Notes under the pieces: generated by a model
Told to the model about the DNA's origin: nothing
What the model saw: the letters and a program-made list of their open reading frames with translations, nothing else
Database searches by the model: none
Shown: one piece after another, positions 17,101 to 23,677 of the stretch
How positions within the stretch are numbered: the first letter of the stretch is position 1
Layout of the letters: each line of letters begins with the position of its first letter
Translations under genes and position numbers: made by a program
Assembly: GCA_015068735.1 (NCBI GenBank)
Contig: SVJW01000005.1
Location: 321 to 64,320, forward strand
Length of the DNA: 64,000 bases
Reading direction: 5' to 3'
From: Oscillospiraceae bacterium
Lineage (GTDB): Bacteria > Bacillota > Clostridia > UMGS1883

Positions 17101-19110
17101 AGCCTTGAAGCTGAAGACTGGATTTTCCTTAGACACCATTACAAAGCAGCTCTCAGTAATTACCTTGCGGCAAACAAGATTGACCTTGACAATATGAGTG
17201 AGGCTACGCTTGACAGGGCGAGAAGAGTCGCTATTAAAGAAGCGCAGAGAAATACATACCGAGATGCGAGTGCGTTTGCAAATGCGCTGAGTAACTTCTC
17301 AAAGAAAAATGCAGGTGCGGCATTATTGGTAGAAGGCTTGATGCCTTTTAAGAAAACCCCTGTAAATATATTAAAAAGAAGTGTAGAATATAGCCCTGCA
17401 GGACTTGTTAAGGCACTGACAACGGATTTATACAAGGTTAGTAAAGGCGATATGACTGCCAGTGAGTATATAGACAGAATATGCTGCTCTTTTACGGGAA
17501 CGGGAGTTGTAGCACTGGGAATGTTTTTAAAATCTCTTGGCGTTATTTCCGGTGCATCAGATGACGACAAGGAAAAGGAATTTGACGAGCTTACAGGTGT
17601 ACAGAATTATTCATTGACAATTGGTGGTCACAACTATACGCTCGACTGGTTGGCGCCGTTTTCTCTTCCATTCTTCACAGGTGTGGAGATGCAGAACACA
17701 ATAGATAAAGGTGAAAATATAGGTTTTCGTAACGGGGTTGAGGCACTCAGCAATATGTCAGAACCGTTTTTTGAAATGAGTATGTTACAGGGACTGACGG
17801 GTACTGTTGATACTATTAAGCAGTCTAACTCTTCCGAAATTGCCGGAAATGTTGCGTGGAATATTGGCACAAATTATGTTAATCAAGCTGTACCGACTCT
17901 TTTCGGACAGGTTGCAAGAACTGTTGACGGAACTCAGAGAAGAAGCTACGATGACAAGAATAAAGATGTACCGAGTGATGTACAGTATTTTGTGCAGGGC
18001 TTGATGAAGAAGATTCCGGGGGATTCGCAGAACCTTGAGCCTTATGTTGATGAGTGGGGCAGAGAAAAGAAAACTGAGAATGTGGGTGTAAGAGCTTTTC
18101 AGAATATGCTTTCGCCCGGCTATTATTCTACTGTGAAGATAAGTCCTATGGAAAAAGAGCTTAAAAGGCTTTACGGTGAAGTCGGAGACGAGGACGGTAT
18201 GAAGATATTCCCGACAGCAGCGGCAAAAAACTTTGAACTTGACGATGGCACAAAGAAGAATCTTACTGCAACGGAATATACTGAGATGCAGACGGTACAG
18301 GGACAGACGGCATATAATCTTTTGACAGAGATTGTTAAGACCGATGAATACAAGAAAGCTGATGATTACACGAAGGGTGTAATTGTAAGCAAGGTATATG
18401 AGGCGGCAAGTGCTAATGCGAGATATACGGTATCTGAGGGAGAAAAAACAAGTAACACTGCATGGGTTAATGAAACCGTTGGAATGCTTCAAGATGGAGA
18501 TTCAAAAGGTGCAATGAATCATATTATAAAAAGTGGCGTGGAAAAGGTTGAAGGAGAAAAGTTTACAGCCGCAAAGGACGGATACAAAGATAAATTCGAG
18601 TATGATGCATCGCAGTACAGTGAAGCGGAAATAAAGATATTTGATACTGTGGAAAGTGACTGGGCAGGTTACCATGCAAGTGTTGATATGGGCAGAGAAT
18701 TGGAAGATTCGGATTATAAATATATCAGGTTGTATGAGGAGAATCTTTCCGATGATATGCCGATTGAAGAATATGCAGGCGTAAGGGCATATGTAAAAAC
18801 AGAAGCAATTAAATCCGACCCCGAGGGTAGCGAGAATAATTTGTCATCAAAAGAACTTCAAGATTACCTTGACAGTACAGATTACAATGAAAATGTAAAG
18901 GGAGCATTATTTATGGCTCTTGGAGGTTCTACGTGGATTAATCCCTATACGGGACTTAAGAATAACGGCGAAGTACCAAAGGGAAAGAGCGGTTCCGGTA
19001 GCAGTTCGGGCGGAAGCTCCGGTGGAAGAACTTCCTCAAGATCGAGTTCGAGGACAACCTCAAGAACAACAAGGTCTACAAGATCCACAACAAGGCGGTC
19101 TAACAGATAA
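14128..19110 (+). CDS. Giant (about 1620-1660 aa) virion-associated polyvalent-type protein with zincin HExxH motif and Ser/Arg/Thr-rich basic tail
   Basis: Uninterrupted 4.98-kb ORF. HEFSH at 14830-14844. C-terminal GKSGSGSSSGGSSGGRTSSRSSSRTTSRTTRSTRSTTRRSNR. The start is ambiguous: the track uses TTG 14128, and ATG 14248 (MMNIMKL) is an alternative. It occupies the slot upstream of scaffold and capsid. Confidence 0.75.
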   Translation: MHRSMFVMWNRTPKKGLEQNIHILRTRIYIIEQDIEKDGGMMNIMKLISAIEGRGYGYIGSQKSIDTAKAVMNFVQGRATEVDSSLISRSNGATMLLTAIEGNKKAWDSVDKAAGRELAPAKTKTTQGIQDVAKAVKNTTISEGNVYTKDGIKATIGDVKIENNIVVDAESVSFKNDDAKGYGVLEKWATELKKPVKLVKGLYNENGDILDGVETDSGIFINTEAKNPIKWAATHEFSHTMKKSAGEAWAKYQNFVVDKMKKDGSYYDVFNMKAIAYGTRDAAYINEEIACDHIGETFDSVDELADFIKKDRGLAVRVRDFYYKALDKLGLLDEKKKAQLMWRDAYRKAVLNVKDGKVESTGKTVEKSVSGTRVSETNGDDKITADMDEHKRAEILKKTSLNVVEAKSDALKLTLEEINILESKCKSKAQGVMEELCEKFGVVKEGYTNNNIELEFNYSKGSLRESVHKQNERNPNFQDFAKMLTVFDSVVKNAVPIESHTDKYKGTKKENPNLKQSYVLLSAFKSGEDIAPVELNIREFKKSVGSRLYMSVTLKKIRADILAPYDVKEQRNGTPSTLNISIAELIKNVNPSDGDFLRYAPDEMLNEAQIESKREALERDRLKIEGLKKSIRGTRLSDVDSSPAGESVDTTTEDTSQKFIPPGAEPRRDVKVPESVEEDTKVRQFARTAAEAETLTDKTAEGVLENVEKGKFNYTPISNKSAMKNAYASLDTMGVEWVEKKVNGAISSHNLDKKTVAMAEVLLEKYSQEGQEEKAQRLIIDFAAESTRTAQILQAISMLKKLDPNYEVAYIEKVIQNLKEEIVERNNKKFGKKHSTDIEVSEELKTKLMEAKTEEERETIRDEIYTEIADQLPNTWINKWNAWRYMSMLANARTHVRNVVGNTAFMPMIATKNIAAKFVEPIVAKATGGKIERSKTFIVPKKYRQFAMEDVEVMRKELQGGGKHNPSDIIRDKQRVFDTKALEWMRVKVGESLEAEDWIFLRHHYKAALSNYLAANKIDLDNMSEATLDRARRVAIKEAQRNTYRDASAFANALSNFSKKNAGAALLVEGLMPFKKTPVNILKRSVEYSPAGLVKALTTDLYKVSKGDMTASEYIDRICCSFTGTGVVALGMFLKSLGVISGASDDDKEKEFDELTGVQNYSLTIGGHNYTLDWLAPFSLPFFTGVEMQNTIDKGENIGFRNGVEALSNMSEPFFEMSMLQGLTGTVDTIKQSNSSEIAGNVAWNIGTNYVNQAVPTLFGQVARTVDGTQRRSYDDKNKDVPSDVQYFVQGLMKKIPGDSQNLEPYVDEWGREKKTENVGVRAFQNMLSPGYYSTVKISPMEKELKRLYGEVGDEDGMKIFPTAAAKNFELDDGTKKNLTATEYTEMQTVQGQTAYNLLTEIVKTDEYKKADDYTKGVIVSKVYEAASANARYTVSEGEKTSNTAWVNETVGMLQDGDSKGAMNHIIKSGVEKVEGEKFTAAKDGYKDKFEYDASQYSEAEIKIFDTVESDWAGYHASVDMGRELEDSDYKYIRLYEENLSDDMPIEEYAGVRAYVKTEAIKSDPEGSENNLSSKELQDYLDSTDYNENVKGALFMALGGSTWINPYTGLKNNGEVPKGKSGSGSSSGGSSGGRTSSRSSSRTTSRTTRSTRSTTRRSNR

Positions 19111-19225
19111 AAGTAAAGGCAGGCATATAGGGTAACCTATGTGCCTGCTGTTTTTTTGTGGGGCACCGATACTTGAAAAAGATATGATATAATAAATCTA
19201 TGAAACACAGAGAGGAGCCGAAAAT

Positions 19226-20128
19226 ATGGAAGGCAATTCAATGGAGCTTAATATTCAGAGATTCGCAGAGGGCGGTTCTGATGGTACAAGCTCGAGCGGA
19301 AACGCGACAGTCGCTCAGTCGCAGTCGGGCGTAGAAGCGGAAGGTAATTCCGCAAATGTTCCTGTCGCCGGGGAGCAGAAAGAAAATCATTCCGCAATCG
19401 ATTTAAGCGCATATTCGGAGGAGCAACTCGAGGAGCTCATCGAGAAGAATCCTAATCTGAACAAAACTATGGGAAAAAAGTTTTCAGGTGCGTTTGGAAA
19501 AAGACTTGCGGAAGAAAGGTCAAAAATACAGGAAGAAATGAAACCTGTAAACGACCTTATTTACAAATTAATGGCAACACACAACGTTAACAGCTTTGAG
19601 GATCTTGCCAAAGTGTTAGACCCTTCTATGATTGAAACGTTTTCTATCGAAAACGGAACAGGAGAAAAAATTAGCCGAGAAATTATAGGAGTCAGAGCAG
19701 ATAACATCCGCAAAAACATTGAAGAAAAAGCGGCTAAAAAGTATCAAGACGAAATCGAAAGAAGGCGGTTTGTCGAACAAAAAACACGGGAAATGGATGA
19801 AGACATAAAACGCACAAAAGAAATTTATCCTAATTTTGACCCCAATGTCGAGATTAAAAATCCCGAATTCGGCAAATTGTTGAAAGCAGGCGTACCGGTA
19901 GAACACGCGTACAAGGTTCTTCATATGGATGAAATTGTTGAAGCTGCCAAGAAAGATACTGCAGCGGCATATGCGAAAAGCACAGCGCAGATGCAGGCAA
20001 GACCCAGTGAAAACGGTCTTGGTAATCAGGTAGCTGTTAACGGCTCGATGGATGTATCAAAGCTCACAAAGAAGGAACGCGCGGAGCTTGCAAAGAGAGC
20101 ACAGCGCGGTGAAACTATTACGTTCTGA
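19226..20128 (+). CDS. Scaffolding-like protein
   Basis: 300 aa. Acidic and coiled-coil-like, immediately upstream of the capsid gene. N-terminal MELNIQRFAEGG motif is shared with the capsid protein. Confidence 0.6.
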   Translation: MEGNSMELNIQRFAEGGSDGTSSSGNATVAQSQSGVEAEGNSANVPVAGEQKENHSAIDLSAYSEEQLEELIEKNPNLNKTMGKKFSGAFGKRLAEERSKIQEEMKPVNDLIYKLMATHNVNSFEDLAKVLDPSMIETFSIENGTGEKISREIIGVRADNIRKNIEEKAAKKYQDEIERRRFVEQKTREMDEDIKRTKEIYPNFDPNVEIKNPEFGKLLKAGVPVEHAYKVLHMDEIVEAAKKDTAAAYAKSTAQMQARPSENGLGNQVAVNGSMDVSKLTKKERAELAKRAQRGETITF

Positions 20129-20198
20129 AGAACGTAACGAAGGTGAGATAATGAGAATTATCACTTAGTAAAACGAAATGAAAAGGATGTGAAAAATT

Positions 20199-21224
20199 AT
20201 GTTCAGATTAAATATTCAGCACTTTGCTGCAGGTGAAAACGTACATACCACTTCCGGTATGGCGGCAAACAGCACAGGTGAGGTAACTCCCTACGGGGAA
20301 AGCGGCGGACTTTCCGCCGAAATGAAAACCTATTACTCCGATTATCTTATTGATATGGCGGAGCCTAAGTTGGTACATGATCAGTTCGGTCAGAAAGTAC
20401 CGATTCCCAAGAATAAGGGTAAGGTGGTGGAGTTTCGTAAGTACGATCCTCTTCCTGCTATTACTACCCCTCTTACTGAAGGTGTTACTCCTGAAGGTCA
20501 GAAGCTTGATGTAAAGACTATTACTGCAGAAGTTAAGCAGTACGGTGGCTTTATTGAGCTTTCTGATATCATTCAGCTTACTGCTATCGACAATAACCTT
20601 GTACAGGCTACAAAGCTTCTTGGCGGTCAGGCAGGAAGAACACTTGATACCATCGTAAGAGAAGTTCTTGCAGGCGGTACAAACGTACAGTTTGCAGAAG
20701 GTCAGGTTGACAGTCGTGATGCTCTTGTAGGAGGTCAGGCCGAAGGCAACCACTATCTTACAGTTGATGCGGTAAGAAAAGCAGTTCGTACTCTTAAGAG
20801 ACACAACGCCGAGACTATCAACGGTTCCTTTGTTGGTATTATTCATCCTGATGCAGCGTATGACCTTATGAGTGATCCCAAGTGGGTTAATGTAAAGACT
20901 TACTCCGACCCCGAGGGCATTTATCAGGGTGAAATCGGCAAGATTGAAAATGTCCGTTTCGTAGAAACAAGCGAAGCTAAGATTTTCGAGGGAGAAGGCG
21001 CTAACGGCGTTGACGTATATGCTACTCTTATCCTTGGCGAAAATGCTTACGGTTCCACCGAGATTTCCGGTGGCGGTCTTCGTCATATCGTTAAGCAGCT
21101 CGGCTCTGCCGGTGCTGCAGATCCTCTTGACCAGAGAGGTACAGCAGGCTGGAAGGCTACAAAGGCGGCTGTAAGACTTGTTGAGCCTTATATGGTTCGT
21201 ATCGAGACTGCAGCAAGTTTGTGA
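20199..21224 (+). CDS. Major capsid protein (N4-gp56-family / HK97-fold type)
   Basis: 341 aa. YYSDYLIDMAEPKLVHDQFGQKVPIPKNKGKVVEFRKY...TPLTEGVTPEG...GGFIELSD matches my recollection of the N4-gp56 capsid family. Strong codon bias. Confidence 0.8.
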   Translation: MFRLNIQHFAAGENVHTTSGMAANSTGEVTPYGESGGLSAEMKTYYSDYLIDMAEPKLVHDQFGQKVPIPKNKGKVVEFRKYDPLPAITTPLTEGVTPEGQKLDVKTITAEVKQYGGFIELSDIIQLTAIDNNLVQATKLLGGQAGRTLDTIVREVLAGGTNVQFAEGQVDSRDALVGGQAEGNHYLTVDAVRKAVRTLKRHNAETINGSFVGIIHPDAAYDLMSDPKWVNVKTYSDPEGIYQGEIGKIENVRFVETSEAKIFEGEGANGVDVYATLILGENAYGSTEISGGGLRHIVKQLGSAGAADPLDQRGTAGWKATKAAVRLVEPYMVRIETAASL

Positions 21225-21250
21225 TGATGTAACGGAAGGAGCTGGAAACA

Positions 21251-21580
21251 ATGGCCAGAAAGAACAATACTGAAAATGTGGAAACTACGGTGGTAGAAAA
21301 CGTTGCAAAAGAAGCTACTGTAGAAGAAGCTACTGTAAAAAATACCAAGTCTGAAAAGAAAATGGTTGAAATTGAGCTGTTCAAGGACAACAAGGACTAT
21401 AAGGACGATGTTTTCGTTTGTATCAACGGCAAAAACATTGTTGTAAAGCGCGGTGAAAAGGTCGAGATTCCCGAGGCTTACGCAAAGGTTATTGCACAGT
21501 CCAAAAAACAGGACAATGCAGCGGCTGACCTTATGGCATCCAAGCAGGATGAGTACCGTAAGGAAGCGGCAAAGCACTAA
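21251..21580 (+). CDS. Hypothetical head-associated protein
   Basis: 109-aa ORF directly after the capsid gene and before a hairpin terminator. Confidence 0.5.
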   Translation: MARKNNTENVETTVVENVAKEATVEEATVKNTKSEKKMVEIELFKDNKDYKDDVFVCINGKNIVVKRGEKVEIPEAYAKVIAQSKKQDNAAADLMASKQDEYRKEAAKH

Positions 21581-21592
21581 TAAAAACACCGC

Positions 21593-21625
21593 AAAGGCGG
21601 GGCGGATAATCGCCTCGCCTTTATT
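21593..21625 (+). terminator. Hairpin terminator after the capsid operon
   Basis: AAAGGCGGGGCG-GATAAT-CGCCTCGCCTTT: 12-bp stem with one G.U pair, then a short ATT/T-rich tail. Confidence 0.5.
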
Positions 21626-21649
21626 GTATATAAGAAAGGAAGAAGAAAT

Positions 21650-21925
21650 ATGTTAGAACTTAAAAATACTGTTACAATGATGAATAGCGAGGACTACAAA
21701 GAAAGATTTAAGGCTGAATATTATCAGACCAAAATCCGCTATGAGAAGCTTAAGGCTTTTAATACAAAGATTGAAGCGGCAAGAAGAACAGAATATACGG
21801 CAACGAAGATTACAATGCCTGCGCACGATTGCCCTGAAGGTTTGCTTCAGGAACAGCAAACTATTATGGGACGTTATTTGCACATTCTTGAGCTTCGTGC
21901 GGTTATAGAAGGAGTTGAACTGTAA
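21650..21925 (+). CDS. Small helical phage protein, hypothetical
   Basis: 91 aa. MNSEDYKERFKAEYYQTKIRYEKL...ILELRAVIEGVEL resembles a small family common in gut phages. Confidence 0.55.
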   Translation: MLELKNTVTMMNSEDYKERFKAEYYQTKIRYEKLKAFNTKIEAARRTEYTATKITMPAHDCPEGLLQEQQTIMGRYLHILELRAVIEGVEL

Positions 21926-22182
21926 TGGATACAAAAAAGTTTTTGGAAATTTGTGTTGACCTTGTTAAAAAGTACACAGAAGAACACCTGGATAAATCGG
22001 ATGGAAATGTGGAGTTTGACGTTTTTGTAGTATGGAACTGTAAAACCCTTCAAAATAATAAAGCTCTGCTTTCTACAACATTGTTTGATGGTATGTACTA
22101 CGAGGTTACATACAACGGAGATAAGAAAGAAATATACTTTGATGCTTATAAAAAGTTTGAAAACAGATGTATAAGCATTTAA
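21925..22182 (+). CDS. Hypothetical protein
   Basis: 85-aa ORF. Start overlaps the previous stop. Confidence 0.5.
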   Translation: MDTKKFLEICVDLVKKYTEEHLDKSDGNVEFDVFVVWNCKTLQNNKALLSTTLFDGMYYEVTYNGDKKEIYFDAYKKFENRCISI

Positions 22183-22195
22183 AGAGGGTGAAGTT

Positions 22196-22561
22196 ATGAC
22201 GGCAATGGAAGTTGTTGAAAAAGCAAAGAAGTCGGGTACGGTAAACGGTGTTGATGACGAAATGTTATACAACGCCGTAGAAAGACTTGAAATAATGATT
22301 CAGAAGTATACAGGTGTGCCGTTCAGGGAGTTTGAGAAAGAAGTTCCTCTCTTTGCTTGTGGCGGTGGTGTGGCTGACGGTTACGACGATATGTACGATA
22401 AGTATGTAAAACGTGAGGGATGCTATATCCGTGAAGACTGGGAGTGCTTCGGGAATTATGATGCTTTATTCAATATCGAATGGGATAAGTTCAAAAAAGA
22501 ATATTTAAGAAAGAACAAACCTGCAGGGCAGGGATTTACTCCCGATTGGAGATGGAATTAA
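22196..22561 (+). CDS. Hypothetical protein
   Basis: 121-aa ORF with GAGGGTGA RBS upstream. Confidence 0.5.
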   Translation: MTAMEVVEKAKKSGTVNGVDDEMLYNAVERLEIMIQKYTGVPFREFEKEVPLFACGGGVADGYDDMYDKYVKREGCYIREDWECFGNYDALFNIEWDKFKKEYLRKNKPAGQGFTPDWRWN

Positions 22562-22722
22562 TGATGGAGATACACGCAAGACAGGTAATTCTTGACGACA
22601 GACGCAATCTGCAGGAAGTTATAGAATCGATTATGGCGAAATTTGATTCTATGAGCACAGGGGCTGTGGAGACGGCTTCAGAGATAGTGGAAGAAGGTGA
22701 AACAGATGAGCAACAGATTTGA
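22561..22722 (+). CDS. Small acidic hypothetical protein (53 aa)
   Basis: Below the ORF-track cutoff. TAATG overlap with the previous gene. MMEIHARQVILDDRRNLQEV... Confidence 0.4.
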   Translation: MMEIHARQVILDDRRNLQEVIESIMAKFDSMSTGAVETASEIVEEGETDEQQI

Positions 22723-23635
22723 TCCTGATAAGGATTATATGGAAGAAATGAAAAGAAGCGCAGCGGCAGGTGATGAAGCAGGCTTTAACTCGGCGCAGAC
22801 TGCGAGAAACAGAAAGATTGATGCAACGGGTTCAGGTTATGCGAGAACGAACTACACCATGAAAGATTTTGCAAAGCAGAACGGTATTACTTCAGTTCCT
22901 GCTGTGCGTGTACCGGCGAATCCCTACCCCGGAAGAATGTGGGACGCGGAAACTGACCATGCACAGGAGAGTATCAATTCTGTAAAGAGAGGGGATATTC
23001 CCGGGGCAATGTATCATGAAAAGATGCACAATGACAAGGACGGTGCGCTGGGGCTTGGTTATGGTGCAAGCGGATACTGGAATTACTTGGACAAGCAAGG
23101 ACTTGGTGGTCTTCGTGAGGGTAAGCTCCGTGAGATTGAAGACTACTTCGGGAAAGACTTCGAGTATGATTACCGTGACGATGAGCGGTATCAGGCAATA
23201 AGACGGCTTAAAGAAAAGGAAGCTGACAAGGCATATGAAGACGGGTATGCGGCACTTTCAAGACAGTTTGACGGGGACATTCCCGTTAATATGATAAACA
23301 AGCTTCTTACTACCAAAGGTGAGATTATAGACCAGGCGGACAGTTATATTCCGACGCTTGAACAGATAGCGCGTGATATGTACTACAACAAGGGTAATCA
23401 GCTGTACAGTCAGTATGGATTGCTTAACAATCTCGTGCAGGAAGATAAACAGGATTTCTACACGGACAGAGACTTTGTTGCACAGGGTGTAATGAATAAT
23501 TACAACAACAGAAAGAGCGATGAAGCAACACGTTATAATGCATTGATGGATTTAGCGGCAATGTACTATAATGATGATCCCACCATTAACTGGGATGAAG
23601 CAATGAAGAGAGCACGGTCAAGCGACTATATTTGA
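22706..23635 (+). CDS. Hypothetical virion protein
   Basis: 309 aa from ATG 22706 (AGAAGGTG 7 nt upstream); the track starts at GTG 22697. Confidence 0.55.
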   Translation: MSNRFDPDKDYMEEMKRSAAAGDEAGFNSAQTARNRKIDATGSGYARTNYTMKDFAKQNGITSVPAVRVPANPYPGRMWDAETDHAQESINSVKRGDIPGAMYHEKMHNDKDGALGLGYGASGYWNYLDKQGLGGLREGKLREIEDYFGKDFEYDYRDDERYQAIRRLKEKEADKAYEDGYAALSRQFDGDIPVNMINKLLTTKGEIIDQADSYIPTLEQIARDMYYNKGNQLYSQYGLLNNLVQEDKQDFYTDRDFVAQGVMNNYNNRKSDEATRYNALMDLAAMYYNDDPTINWDEAMKRARSSDYI

Positions 23636-23677
23636 TGGAGAGAGGGGATAATTCCCCTCTCTTATGACACGAAGGGA

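Noticed and set aside
18976-19110. Walker A-like GEVPKGKS at the C-terminus of the giant protein, considered as evidence for a packaging ATPase.
   Set aside because: It lies within the terminal low-complexity Gly/Ser/Arg tail, with no downstream Walker B or ATPase core. It is a chance match.
20208-21251. A 347-aa ORF exactly antisense to the major capsid gene. Similar long antisense ORFs occur at 14380-15297 (giant gene), 35895-36863 (potA), 57933-58853 (valS) and 17785-18492.
   Set aside because: These ORFs lie in the codon-aligned antisense frame, where stops arise only from sense TTA, CTA or TCA codons. The host genes simply avoid those codons (strong codon bias), so the mirror frame stays open. 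Their translations are low-complexity and Cys/Phe/Leu-rich, with no RBS. They are shadow ORFs.
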